59,034 nt of DNA from the IMG/VR virus record IMGVR_UViG_3300034388_000038, positions 1-59,034 of that record, one strand, 5' to 3'. The position numbers and the translations under genes were made by a program. Source of the DNA: a virus (lineage: Duplodnaviria; Caudoviricetes). Position 1 is the first letter of the stretch. Each line of letters opens with the position of its first letter. A model generated the notes under the pieces. The model worked only from the letters and a program-made list of their open reading frames with translations, ran no database searches and was not told the origin of the DNA. Of the stretch, positions 6,942 through 16,799 are shown one piece after another.

Positions 6942-8411
6942 ATGGCAACATTCTATGTGCGTACTGACGGGACGGCGCTGAAAGCTGCGGCTGTTGGTCC
7001 GTCTTCCGACTCAACGGCGTGTATGTCTGTGACGACGTTCAATGCCGCCACCTTTTCCGCCGGAGATATTGTCTACTTCTCGGGGCTGGGTGGAGACTTT
7101 ACGGAAGCTGTTGTGATTCCTTCGTCTGGCTCTTCTGGAAATCCCATCTACTATATCGCAGACCCCGCCTCAGCACCAACGATTGACGGGGCGGATACAA
7201 TTGACACCCTGATCGATGTGAACAGCAAGAACTACGTTGAAATATCCGGCTTTACTTTGATTGACGCAGTAACGACCTGCTACCAATCTCGCGGGACCAG
7301 TACGGGGGTTGTGGTCAGGGACGTAACAGCATCGGGGAGTGGAAATCAGGCGTTCCAAAATCTTGATACCGCCTCTACGACGTATTATGACATTGTTGGT
7401 TCAGGTTGTGCCGACGACGGATTCTCAATGCACTCGGGCGCCGTTGCAGTCATTCACGGTGCGACGTTCAGTGGGAATGACCAAGGAATAAATATTATAC
7501 AAAACTCCAGTCTTACTGCTAACGACGTAACTCTGACCGGGAATACAAGTTACGGGTTTTGGCAGACAGTTGCCGGTGCTACGGTGTCTGTTTTTAACCG
7601 TCTTACTTGCGACGACTTGATTAAAGTTGATACAGGAACATGCACAATTAATTATTCAACTCATATAGGAACAGTGCAAGCGCAAGGTGGTAATATAACA
7701 TTCAATCATAGCTCTGTTACCGGAAGTGTAACGGTACTTGTAGCGGCTTCGACCATTGCCTTTTCGCACTGTTCGTACAATGGACTTGCAAACACAGGCG
7801 CCGTTGGCGGTACGTTGACCTTCTCCAAGTGCCGCATGACAAACACCGGTAACAACAATGTTGTTGACTGCACAAACGCCTCAAGCCCAGCCGGGAACAT
7901 CAGCGTCTCTTACTGCATCTTCACTGGGATTATGGCAACGAGATTCGGTATCGTCAACCGCGCCCCTAATATCACTACGGCGTACAACAACGTCTTTTAT
8001 GGTGTCGGCGGGGTTGGGCGAGGGATTTTCCACGCTGGCGTTATGACTGTCAACAACAACATTATGGTCGGGCTGCAAGATACAATCTTCACGGTCGCGG
8101 GGAGGACTGGAACGTACAGTAACAACTGTTTCTTCGGGAATACTGCGACAATCACAGGGGCTGGCGGCACTCAAAGCAATGGCGTTACGAGTGATCCAAC
8201 GTTCGCAAACCCGAGTGGCGGGTATTTCGCGCTCCTCTCCGGGTCGCCTTGCTTGGCCGCAGGGGTTGTGGTGGGTCTGCCTAGCGATTTTATTGACGCG
8301 GCGGTCCCATTTGGCGCCACTCCGAGCATTGGCGCCTACGAGCAGCCGGTGCGCAGGGCGCTGGGTATGGCCGATGGTATTGCTCGGCATACGATTCGGA
8401 TTGGCCTATGA
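6942..8411 (+). CDS. Right-handed parallel beta-helix (pectin-lyase-like) fibre/depolymerase
   Basis: Asn/Thr/Gly ladders, NNVFY/NNIMV/NNCFFGN repeats, C-terminal DP.F...L..GSP...G...PSIGAYE motif. Confidence 0.75.
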   Translation: MATFYVRTDGTALKAAAVGPSSDSTACMSVTTFNAATFSAGDIVYFSGLGGDFTEAVVIPSSGSSGNPIYYIADPASAPTIDGADTIDTLIDVNSKNYVEISGFTLIDAVTTCYQSRGTSTGVVVRDVTASGSGNQAFQNLDTASTTYYDIVGSGCADDGFSMHSGAVAVIHGATFSGNDQGINIIQNSSLTANDVTLTGNTSYGFWQTVAGATVSVFNRLTCDDLIKVDTGTCTINYSTHIGTVQAQGGNITFNHSSVTGSVTVLVAASTIAFSHCSYNGLANTGAVGGTLTFSKCRMTNTGNNNVVDCTNASSPAGNISVSYCIFTGIMATRFGIVNRAPNITTAYNNVFYGVGGVGRGIFHAGVMTVNNNIMVGLQDTIFTVAGRTGTYSNNCFFGNTATITGAGGTQSNGVTSDPTFANPSGGYFALLSGSPCLAAGVVVGLPSDFIDAAVPFGATPSIGAYEQPVRRALGMADGIARHTIRIGL

Positions 8412-8839
8412 CCCGAGTCGCGCTCATACGAACGCGGCATACCGACCAAGGAACGCAGGGGGTGTTGATCCTGCCGGAGGGGGTGTTCTGCAATACCCTT
8501 GAACTCCCGTGGCGCGAGAACAAGCCGAAGATCAGTTGCATCCCCTGCGGAGAGTTTGACGTCAAGATTCGGCAGTCGCCGCGGTTCGGTACCATCTACG
8601 AGGTGCAGGACGTTCCGGATCGGCGCTACATCCTGATTCACTCGGGCAATCTGGCCGGGGATGTCACCAAGGGCTATCGCTCGCACGTCGAAGGGTGTAT
8701 CCTGCTCGGCAAATATTTTGGCACACTCGACAGTCAACTGGCTATACTGTACAGCCGGCCGACGGTTCGTGAATTCATGGACCAGCTTGATAGGCAGCCG
8801 TTCCGCCTCATCGTGGAGGATCAGTCATGTGGCAAGTGA
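8408..8839 (+). CDS. DUF5675-like putative endolysin
   Basis: TLELPW.EN...SCIP.G.F...VPDR.YILIH.GN......EGCILLG motif; next to holin-like gene. Confidence 0.7.
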   Translation: MTRVALIRTRHTDQGTQGVLILPEGVFCNTLELPWRENKPKISCIPCGEFDVKIRQSPRFGTIYEVQDVPDRRYILIHSGNLAGDVTKGYRSHVEGCILLGKYFGTLDSQLAILYSRPTVREFMDQLDRQPFRLIVEDQSCGK

Positions 8840-9360
8840 TACTTGGAGCAGTGACCGGATTTTTAGGGCCTGTTATCACCCAATATTTTGACCTTCAGAA
8901 AGAGAAGCTCAAGGCCGAAGAGCGCGCTAAAGACCGTGCGCACGAATTGGCTACGATTGACAAAGAGGGCGAATGGGCTGCGAAGAAGCTGACGATCGAA
9001 GGCGACATCAGGTCTGCGGTCGCTGCGGAGCAGTCCTTCGCCGCGTCCTATAACTTCGCAAACGATAAGCTGATTCCTGATGATGCGAAGCTCACAGAAA
9101 AGCAGCTGTCCTGGGTGATCCGCATTGAGTTGTTCAGCAAGGCTGTACGCCCGATGATAACCTCTTACTATACACTGGCGTTTACCGTGATGTACGCCGC
9201 GTTCGCTTATCAGTGTGTGCAGGCAGGAAGCGACTTTTTCAGCACCGAGGAGGCCAGGGTCATATTCCGTGAAAGTACCTATTCCATTATTGGGATGACC
9301 GAGACTACCGGACTGTGGTGGTACGGAGCCAGACTTCTCAGCAAACGAGGCGCCAAATAG
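8827..9360 (+). CDS. Multi-TM holin-like protein
   Basis: N-terminal hydrophobic segment, VRP.I + TM segment, C-terminal WWYGAR. Confidence 0.6.
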   Translation: MWQVILGAVTGFLGPVITQYFDLQKEKLKAEERAKDRAHELATIDKEGEWAAKKLTIEGDIRSAVAAEQSFAASYNFANDKLIPDDAKLTEKQLSWVIRIELFSKAVRPMITSYYTLAFTVMYAAFAYQCVQAGSDFFSTEEARVIFRESTYSIIGMTETTGLWWYGARLLSKRGAK

Positions 9361-11732
9361 TGAGCGATCGAGTCTACAACGCACCGAAAGTTGTCTCCCA
9401 GTTCATGCGGAGCAACGCCCCTCTGCGCGTCATCAACGGGCCTCTGGGCTGTACCTCCGCGGATACGGAATTCCTGTCTCCGACGGGGTGGGTTCGTATG
9501 GATCAATACCGTGAGGGAATGTTGGTGGCTCAGTGGCACCAGGATGGCCGAATCGAGTTTGTTCAGCCGAGTCGGTATGTTGTGGAGCCGTGCGGAGAAC
9601 TCATCTATTTCCACAACAAGTCGTTGTCGATGCAGTTGAGCGATGAGCATCGTATGCCGCTCTACCAGTGGGACGGAGCATTCGTTGTGAAGGAGGCGGC
9701 TGCGGTTGCTAAGAAGCCGTCGCGGCATATTGTCCCTACAACCTTTACCCCGCCATACGCGGACGCTCCTGTGTCGGATGACGAGATTCGCCTGGCGGTG
9801 GCGATCAACGCAGATGGGCACCACGTCAAGCGCGGGTTTCAGACTCAGATTACCGTACGGAAGCCCCGCAAGAAGGCCCGCATAGCGGAACTGCTGGAGG
9901 CGGTTGGCGTCGAATTCAAGACGAGGACGTACGCGAGCAGGCCGACAGAGACGACGTTCGACTTCATCCATTCATACAAGGGCAAGCGCTTTTCTGGGTG
10001 GTATTGGTGGACATTGTCGAAGCGCCAACTGGCGGTCGTTATCGACGAAATGAGTCACTGGGATGGGTTGTTTACGACGGACGAAGTTCGCTTCCACGGC
10101 GCGTATAAAGAGGACGCCGACTTCATCCAGTATGCCGCTCATGCGATTGGCGGAAAAGCGACGATCCACCGAGTCAGATACGCTGCGGCTAACTGGTCTG
10201 ATCTATATGTGGTTCATGTAGCCATGCCTGGGTCTGTGAAGTCGGTTGTAACCCTGCGTGGAGACGGAGTCACCATCGAGCGGATACCGACCACCGATGG
10301 GAAGAAGTACTGCTTTACTGTCCCAACTGGTTTCTTTGTGGCGCGGCATAACAATGCGATATTTGTGACGGGTAACTCGGGCAAAAGCTCGGGGTGCGCC
10401 ATTGAGATTCTTCGCCGCTGCCAGATGCAGCGTGTTGGGCCAGACGGCTTCCGCCGTTCCCGCTGGGCGATTGTTCGTAACACCGCGCCGCAGCTGCGCG
10501 ATACGACGATGAAGACCTTCTTCGACTGGATACCTCCCGGGGTGGCCGGCCGGTGGAAAGAGACCGAGAAGACATTCTACCTGGAACTCGGAGATGTTCG
10601 TGCGGAGATCATGTTCCGCCCCCTGGATTCCCCAGAAGATGTGCAGCGAGTCCTGTCCCTGGAACTGACGGGTGCCTGGCTGAACGAGTGCCGCGAGATT
10701 CCGATGGAGATTCTCCAAGCGCTGCAAGGTCGTCTCTGGCGTTACCCCTCCAAGGCCAACGGTGGTTCGTCGTGGTGCGGGATTATCGCAGATACCAACC
10801 CCCCGGAAGAGGGGTCGTACTGGTACAAGGTCATCGAGCATCTGCCTATCGAGGAGACGAACCCGGACTCCGTCGTCATCTGCGAATCGTTCAAGCAACC
10901 CTCGGGTCTGTCTCCGGATGCGGATAACATCGCCAACCTCGATAACCCGAACTACTACCAGGACCTGGCGCGCGGCAAGACCGAGGAATGGGTGAACACC
11001 TACATCCATGGGATGTACTCCCCGTCGCAGTCTGGTAAGCCGGTGTACCTAAAGAGTTTCAAGGGCGACCGTCATGTCTCCCAGGTGCCGCTCATCCCTG
11101 CGTATGGATTGCCTATCGTGGTAGGGGTCGACTTCGGTTTGACCCCAGCGGCGGTGTTCATGCAGATGCAGCACGACGGCCGGGTTAAAGTTCTTCGTGA
11201 ACTGACCGAGTTCGACATGGGGATCAAGCGGTTCGCCGAACAGCGGCTGCGGCCGATGGTGAAGAACCTGTTTTCCGATATGTCCATCGTCCTTATTGGC
11301 GACCCCGCTGGGGTACAGCGCGTGGGGACGGACGAGCAGACGTGCTTCAAGGTGCTCAAGGACAGCGGGTTCTACGCCAAGCCGGCGCATACGAACGACC
11401 CTGCGTCCAGGATCGGGTCATTTCTCGAAGCCCTCTCGTCTTATCCGGACGGCGAGCCACTGATCCAGATTGATCCGAGCTGCAAGATGCTCATCGAGGC
11501 GCTGCGGTCGAAGTATCGCTACGTCAAATTCAAGGGCGCGGTGGATAAGTTCACTGACAAGCCGGAGAAGAACAACTGGTCCCACGTCATGGAGGCTGCG
11601 CAGTACGCCCTCATGTTTCTCTTGAATAAATACGACGCTTCGGATTATATTCACGTCAGCCAGCGTCATAATTCTGACGCCTTCACAACGCGCCGGACTT
11701 ATCGACCGGCTGATTCCCACACGGGGTACTGA
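9360..11732 (+). CDS. terL: Terminase large subunit with intein (790 aa precursor, about 481 aa spliced)
   Basis: Walker A GPLG/SGKS split by intein; WAIVRNT..QLRDTT, GAWLNE, DTNPP, nuclease GVDFG; GTG start at 9360. Confidence 0.93.
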   Translation: MSDRVYNAPKVVSQFMRSNAPLRVINGPLGCTSADTEFLSPTGWVRMDQYREGMLVAQWHQDGRIEFVQPSRYVVEPCGELIYFHNKSLSMQLSDEHRMPLYQWDGAFVVKEAAAVAKKPSRHIVPTTFTPPYADAPVSDDEIRLAVAINADGHHVKRGFQTQITVRKPRKKARIAELLEAVGVEFKTRTYASRPTETTFDFIHSYKGKRFSGWYWWTLSKRQLAVVIDEMSHWDGLFTTDEVRFHGAYKEDADFIQYAAHAIGGKATIHRVRYAAANWSDLYVVHVAMPGSVKSVVTLRGDGVTIERIPTTDGKKYCFTVPTGFFVARHNNAIFVTGNSGKSSGCAIEILRRCQMQRVGPDGFRRSRWAIVRNTAPQLRDTTMKTFFDWIPPGVAGRWKETEKTFYLELGDVRAEIMFRPLDSPEDVQRVLSLELTGAWLNECREIPMEILQALQGRLWRYPSKANGGSSWCGIIADTNPPEEGSYWYKVIEHLPIEETNPDSVVICESFKQPSGLSPDADNIANLDNPNYYQDLARGKTEEWVNTYIHGMYSPSQSGKPVYLKSFKGDRHVSQVPLIPAYGLPIVVGVDFGLTPAAVFMQMQHDGRVKVLRELTEFDMGIKRFAEQRLRPMVKNLFSDMSIVLIGDPAGVQRVGTDEQTCFKVLKDSGFYAKPAHTNDPASRIGSFLEALSSYPDGEPLIQIDPSCKMLIEALRSKYRYVKFKGAVDKFTDKPEKNNWSHVMEAAQYALMFLLNKYDASDYIHVSQRHNSDAFTTRRTYRPADSHTGY
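9450..10376 (+). mobile_element. Intein (309 aa) with degenerate LAGLIDADG-like endonuclease
   Basis: Starts CTSADTEFL, block B SDEHRM, ends FVARHNNAIFVTGN followed by Ser; AINADG and HWDG blocks. Confidence 0.9.
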
Positions 11733-11733
11733 T

Positions 11734-13779
11734 ATGATTGATCTCGACCGCAAGATAGCTCAGCAGCTTGGCCCGATGCTCGCTCGTCGCTTCGAGCAGT
11801 ACAAGAACGACCGGAAGCCGATCGAACTGAAGTGGATGAAGAACATCCGTCAGTTCCGCGGGGTCTATGATCCTGAGATTGCTGAGTTGATTCCGGCCGA
11901 GCGGTCTCATGTCTACCCCCGGGACTCCCGTGTCAAGCTCACGGGCTTCGTTGCCAAGATGATGGAGATGATGTTCCCCGTCTCCGAGACGAACTTCGAA
12001 GTGATTCCGACCACCATCCCCTCCATCTCCAAACTCGAACTCGACAAGCTCGTCCTGGAAATCGAAGCCAGCCATGTCATGGAGGCCCAGCAGACTGGCC
12101 AACTCAAGCCGGTCACCAGCGAAGAGATCGAGGTAAAAGTTCAGGACTTTGCCCGGAAGCGTGCGTCTGCGATGGAGGCCCAATGCAAAGACCAGCTCGA
12201 CGAAATAGACTACCCCGAACTCTGCAAGCGCGCCTTACGCAGCGGCGGCATATTCAGCTATGGTATCGTAAAGGGTCCGATGGTTCGCTTTCAGCAGGAG
12301 CGGTACTGGGAGCCGAACGGGATGACCTATGTGCCAGTGGTGAAGATGGCGCCCCGGCCGGTCTACGACAACCGGAAAGTCTGGGACATCTACCCGGACA
12401 TGGGCGCGAAGTCCTGGGATAAGCAGGACGGCCTGTTCGAGCGTGTCATCCTGACCCGGCCGGAACTCTACAAGATGAAGGAACGCGAGGAGTTCTATGG
12501 CGATGTGATCGGCGAGTATCTGCGCGACCATCAGACCGGGAACTACAAAGTTCTCGACTTCGAGACTGACCTGCGCGTGATGAACAACACGGCGCAGACC
12601 TCCGCCCTGGATCAGAGCAAGTACGAAGTCATCGTTTATTACGGCTTCGTCTCGGCACACGAATTGTCCCTGCTTGGCAAGGAGTTCTCCAAGGACGAAA
12701 TCTGCAACAGCTACCTGGTCGAAGTCTGGATGCTGGATGGCGAGGTCATCAAGTTCGACGGGATGCCGTTCGGCGTGGCCCCGCACAGCAAGTACCATAT
12801 CTTCATCTACGGCGAGGACGAGGACTCTGGTGTGACGGGGGTCTCGTTGATGGACGACATCCGCGACTCGCAGCTTTCGATCTGTGCCTCGACCCGCATG
12901 CTGATGGACAACTCGGCCAGCACCGCCGGCCCGGTCTTTGAAGTGAACCGGGACCTTCTAGCGCGGGGTGAAGACGTCGGTCCGATCCATGCGTTCAAGA
13001 CCATTTACCGTGAGGGCACAGGTCCGGACGCCCAGGCGCCGGCCGTGCGCGACATACAGATTCAATCCCACATCGCGGAGCTGACGAGTGTCGTCAGCAT
13101 GTTCCGTCAAAATCTTGACACTGAGTCGACCCTTCCATCCTGGACGATGGGCCAGCCGGAGAAACTGGGCGAGGCCTTCCGGACCAGCAACAACATGTCG
13201 ATGATGACCGGTGGCGCGACGACCATTACCAAAGACATCGTCCGTTCGTTCGACAAGTTTGTCTCCTCGATCATCCAGAGCCTTGTTGAATGGAATATGG
13301 AGTTCAACGAGCGCGAAGACATCAAGGGCGATTTCCAGGTGCGCGCGAAAGGCAGCCGGTCTCTGGTGGCCAAAGAGGTGCGCGGCCAGGCGATCGAGCA
13401 GTTCATGCAGACCCTTCAGCCGGACGAGCGGGCGCTGCTCCGTAAGCTGCCGACCCTCCGTGAGCGCATGAAGGCGCGCGACCTGCCCCACGAGCAACTG
13501 CTGGTGACCGACAGCGAGGCCGATGAGATTCTGGAAGGAATGGCTATGGAGCAGCAGAAGGTCGCTGCGGTCTCCGAGCAGGAGCAGATGGCCAAGATCA
13601 AGAAGCTGGTCGCCGCGGCGCTGAAAGATGAGGCCATGGCCCAGGACATCTCCAGCATGACGGGTCCGAAGGCGCAGAAGTTGATCGTCGACGCGGATAC
13701 CAAACAGGGCGAGAGTGGGATGAAGCAGACTCAAGGGCTGATGGAGATGACTGCTGAGCCCGAGGAGATGATGTCGTGA
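11734..13779 (+). CDS. Portal protein
   Basis: 681 aa immediately after TerL; G.GIVKGP, DIYPD, GVSL.D.IRD.Q......R...DN motifs. Confidence 0.85.
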   Translation: MIDLDRKIAQQLGPMLARRFEQYKNDRKPIELKWMKNIRQFRGVYDPEIAELIPAERSHVYPRDSRVKLTGFVAKMMEMMFPVSETNFEVIPTTIPSISKLELDKLVLEIEASHVMEAQQTGQLKPVTSEEIEVKVQDFARKRASAMEAQCKDQLDEIDYPELCKRALRSGGIFSYGIVKGPMVRFQQERYWEPNGMTYVPVVKMAPRPVYDNRKVWDIYPDMGAKSWDKQDGLFERVILTRPELYKMKEREEFYGDVIGEYLRDHQTGNYKVLDFETDLRVMNNTAQTSALDQSKYEVIVYYGFVSAHELSLLGKEFSKDEICNSYLVEVWMLDGEVIKFDGMPFGVAPHSKYHIFIYGEDEDSGVTGVSLMDDIRDSQLSICASTRMLMDNSASTAGPVFEVNRDLLARGEDVGPIHAFKTIYREGTGPDAQAPAVRDIQIQSHIAELTSVVSMFRQNLDTESTLPSWTMGQPEKLGEAFRTSNNMSMMTGGATTITKDIVRSFDKFVSSIIQSLVEWNMEFNEREDIKGDFQVRAKGSRSLVAKEVRGQAIEQFMQTLQPDERALLRKLPTLRERMKARDLPHEQLLVTDSEADEILEGMAMEQQKVAAVSEQEQMAKIKKLVAAALKDEAMAQDISSMTGPKAQKLIVDADTKQGESGMKQTQGLMEMTAEPEEMMS

Positions 13780-13985
13780 GTAAATCAATGACCCGCGAAA
13801 GCGAACTGATTGCTAAATTGAAATCGCACCAAGGAACCGAAGTCCTTGCGTTGTGGCTGGAACTGCTTGAAGAAAAATTAGATAAGTACAAGAGTCGCCT
13901 GGTCCAATCGGAGGACCAGAACGTCAGAGGTCGGGCGCAGGAGTGTATTGATTTACTAAAGCACTTCCGCAACGATTTGAATTGA
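13776..13985 (+). CDS. Small head-assembly-region protein (69 aa)
   Basis: Coupled to portal stop; helical, position typical between portal and scaffold. Confidence 0.65.
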   Translation: MSKSMTRESELIAKLKSHQGTEVLALWLELLEEKLDKYKSRLVQSEDQNVRGRAQECIDLLKHFRNDLN

Positions 13986-14010
13986 CGTAGATTTTTTCTT
14001 CTAGTAGACT
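13982..14010 (+). promoter_or_regulatory. Promoter upstream of scaffold/capsid genes
   Basis: TTGACG-17 bp-TAGACT. Confidence 0.55.
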
Positions 14011-14032
14011 CACCCACAACCATGGAGGAAGT

Positions 14033-14839
14033 ATGCCGGACCCCGCTGAGCAGTTAACTGATGTTATCGATGACTATGCCGTTGCTTTTGATGAAGCGAT
14101 GGCGATGGACGCCGACCCTGCGCCGGCTCCCGTGGACCCTGCTCCCGTTGCGCCTGCACCGCCGGTTGCTGCTGACCCTGCTCCTGCTCCGGTCGAGGCT
14201 CCGGCCGCGCCAGCTCCTGCCGCTCCGCCGGCCGAACTGGTTCAACTCCAAACCCAGGTCGCTGATTTGATGGCGCAGCTAACTGCGCTTAAGGCAGCAC
14301 CCCAGACTCAGGCGACCGCAGCCCAGGTCGATGAGCTGGAAGACGAACTGAAATGGCTGGAGGGGGAATTCGCCTCCGACTGGCCGGACATGAAGAAAGC
14401 GATCGACATTGTCAAAAAGTTGGTAACTCGTGCGCAGGAAGGAAAGATCAAGGAAGTCGCTGACACGGTTACGCCGCTCGTCCAGAAACAAGAGGCGCAG
14501 GCCTTCTACGGTGAACTCAAAGCGCTGGTGCCGGATGTCGACACTATCCGCGACGGATTCATCGGGTGGGTCAAATCCCAACCCGAAGCATTGAGGAAAG
14601 CCTATACCTCAATCGTGGAGACCGGGACGCCCCAGGATACCGCGGCTCTTATTTCCCTATACAAGCAGGCCGTTCCCGCTCCAGTTTCCCCGCCGGCCGC
14701 GCCGGCGATTCCAGCAGCGACTAAGCTGCGCAATATGGAAGACCTCGGAACGCGACGTTCTGCGACCGCCGCCCCAGCAGGGGCACTCGACTACGACAGT
14801 GCCTTTAACGAGGCCGACCGCGACCCCAACATTCGGTAA
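14033..14839 (+). CDS. Capsid scaffolding protein
   Basis: Pro/Ala-rich N-terminus, coiled coil, directly before MCP; GGAGG SD. Confidence 0.75.
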   Translation: MPDPAEQLTDVIDDYAVAFDEAMAMDADPAPAPVDPAPVAPAPPVAADPAPAPVEAPAAPAPAAPPAELVQLQTQVADLMAQLTALKAAPQTQATAAQVDELEDELKWLEGEFASDWPDMKKAIDIVKKLVTRAQEGKIKEVADTVTPLVQKQEAQAFYGELKALVPDVDTIRDGFIGWVKSQPEALRKAYTSIVETGTPQDTAALISLYKQAVPAPVSPPAAPAIPAATKLRNMEDLGTRRSATAAPAGALDYDSAFNEADRDPNIR

Positions 14840-14851
14840 GGAGATTCAGTC

Positions 14852-15841
14852 ATGGTAACTACCAGCAACCTCTCTCAGCGTTCCACCGCCTTCGTGGTCA
14901 AGAAACTCTTGACCCGTGCGCTGCCCTACCTCATTTTTGAGAAGTTCGGGCAGTCGTACCCGCTCCCCAACAACAGCACCAAGGTGGCGAAATTCCGCCG
15001 CTATCGTGCCCTGCCGCTTGCGACCACTCCGCTGGTCGAAGGCGTAACCCCGACCGGCAAGTCGCTGATGGTCGATGACTACACTGCGACCCTTCAGCAG
15101 TACGGCGATTTCGTCCAGATCACCGACGTCGTGGCTGACACCCACGAGGACCCGGTCCTGAGCGAAGCCACCACCGTTATCTCTGAGCAGGCTGCTCAGA
15201 CCCTTGAGGCCGTCCGCTTCGGTATCCTCAAGGCCGGCACCAACCGCCAGTTCGCGAACAGCGCGGCCAACCGTCTGGCTCTGGCTTCGGCGTTCACCCT
15301 GAACGACCTGCGCAAAGTCGCCCGCGGCTTCAAGCGCCAGAACGCCGGCATGATTAACACCATGGTCGGTTCCTCGGCGAGCTTCAACACCGAGGCCATT
15401 GAGGCCGGATACATCGCCGTCTGCCATGTCGACTGCGAGAACGACATCCGTGCCCTCCCCGGGTTCATCAATGCCAAGGACTACGGGAGCAAGTCCGCGA
15501 TGGAGAACGAGATCGGTGCGGTGGAGAATTTCCGCTTCATCATGTCGACCGTCGTCGAGCCGTGGGAAGATGCCACCTGCCCGGCCGCGAACGCTGCGTT
15601 CGTTTCCGGCACCACCTACGCCAAGGTCTATCCGATCCTGATCTTCGCCAAGAACGCCTACGGCCTCGTGCCGCTCAAGGGCAAAGACAGCATCACCCCG
15701 ATGGTGCAGAACCCGGGCAAACCGGCTGTCGGCGATGAGCTTGGTCAGCGTGGATTCGTGAGCTGGAAGGCCATGACCACGGCCGTCATCCTGGCTGACG
15801 AGTGGATGTGCCGCATCGAAACCCTGGCCACCGAGCTGTAA
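14852..15841 (+). CDS. Major capsid protein (N4-gp56 family-like)
   Basis: FGQ..PLP.N....KFRRY..L......L.EGVTP, QYG.F..ITD, NEIGAVE..RF, D.LGQRG.VSWK motifs; strong codon bias. Confidence 0.9.
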   Translation: MVTTSNLSQRSTAFVVKKLLTRALPYLIFEKFGQSYPLPNNSTKVAKFRRYRALPLATTPLVEGVTPTGKSLMVDDYTATLQQYGDFVQITDVVADTHEDPVLSEATTVISEQAAQTLEAVRFGILKAGTNRQFANSAANRLALASAFTLNDLRKVARGFKRQNAGMINTMVGSSASFNTEAIEAGYIAVCHVDCENDIRALPGFINAKDYGSKSAMENEIGAVENFRFIMSTVVEPWEDATCPAANAAFVSGTTYAKVYPILIFAKNAYGLVPLKGKDSITPMVQNPGKPAVGDELGQRGFVSWKAMTTAVILADEWMCRIETLATEL

Positions 15842-15848
15842 TCTAACA

Positions 15849-15876
15849 GGGGGGAGGTAGCCCCTCCCCCCGCTTT
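15849..15876 (+). terminator. Stem-loop after MCP (weak terminator/stabiliser)
   Basis: GGGGGGAGG/CCTCCCCCC stem, short T run. Confidence 0.5.
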
Positions 15877-15891
15877 CAAAGGAGTTGTATC

Positions 15892-16260
15892 ATGGTAAAC
15901 TCGATCGCTGTTGGTTCCTTCACCAGTGATGGCAACGCGAAGACCGTGGTCTGCGGTTTCGTTCCGGATGCCGTCATCCTCACCGGGACGGATACTCCGT
16001 CGAACGGTATTTATTTCTGTGGCCTGGTCATGGCGAAAGACTCCAACGATCTTTCCAAGACCACCGTCACTGGCTCGGCTGTTGCTGGGCAGTCGACCGC
16101 AGCCGCGGTTGTGGCCTATAACTCGGGTGTCGCCGGTTACGTCGGTACTTCGGGTGAGGGCTTCACGGTCGCCGCGACCGCCAGTTGCCCGGAGAACACC
16201 AACGCCGCCACCGTGCGTTGGATCGCCCTCCGCGGCCACACCAACCTGCCGACTATTTAA
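15892..16260 (+). CDS. Minor head/decoration protein
   Basis: GSFT.DG......CGF.PD.V motif; directly after MCP. Confidence 0.65.
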   Translation: MVNSIAVGSFTSDGNAKTVVCGFVPDAVILTGTDTPSNGIYFCGLVMAKDSNDLSKTTVTGSAVAGQSTAAAVVAYNSGVAGYVGTSGEGFTVAATASCPENTNAATVRWIALRGHTNLPTI

Positions 16261-16318
16261 GGCGCTGTAACCATGAGGGGGCGGGTTTCCGCCCCCTCCA
16301 ATTCAAAGGAGAATGCTT

Positions 16319-16795
16319 GTGAGCGACAAGGACATGTTTGGGAATCTCATTGAACCCGTTGAAGCAGGCAGCAAAAAGAAACCGGTGGTCAAACCCGGCG
16401 TAAAGAAAGCGCCTGCAAAAAAGGCGGAGGTTGCTCCGCCCGCAGTTGAACCGGCCGCTCCCATTGAGGAAGCTCCGGTCGCTGTCGCTGTCCCTGCCCC
16501 TGTGATCGAGGAACCTGCTCCTGTCGCAAAAGCCAAGTCTGCTCTCAAACCCGGATGGAAGACGATCATCATCGACGAGTCTGAAGGTGAGGCTAACTAT
16601 GTGTTCGTCGGCCACAACGGAACGCACTATCAACTCCAGCGCGGCGTGGAAGTCGATGTCCCCCCGGGCGTTCTGGATGCACTGTCTCACGCGGTGGCCA
16701 CTCGCTATGTCAGCGTTGTGAACCCGGTGACCCAGCAGCGCGAAGCCCAGGCGCGTAACTTCCTGCGGTATCCTTTCCGCGTCACCAGAGGATAA
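16319..16795 (+). CDS. Hypothetical head-region protein
   Basis: VFVGHNG..YQLQRG.EV.VP..V...L..A...YPF pattern; AAGGAG SD fits GTG at 16319. Confidence 0.65.
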   Translation: MSDKDMFGNLIEPVEAGSKKKPVVKPGVKKAPAKKAEVAPPAVEPAAPIEEAPVAVAVPAPVIEEPAPVAKAKSALKPGWKTIIIDESEGEANYVFVGHNGTHYQLQRGVEVDVPPGVLDALSHAVATRYVSVVNPVTQQREAQARNFLRYPFRVTRG

Positions 16796-16799
16796 GGCA

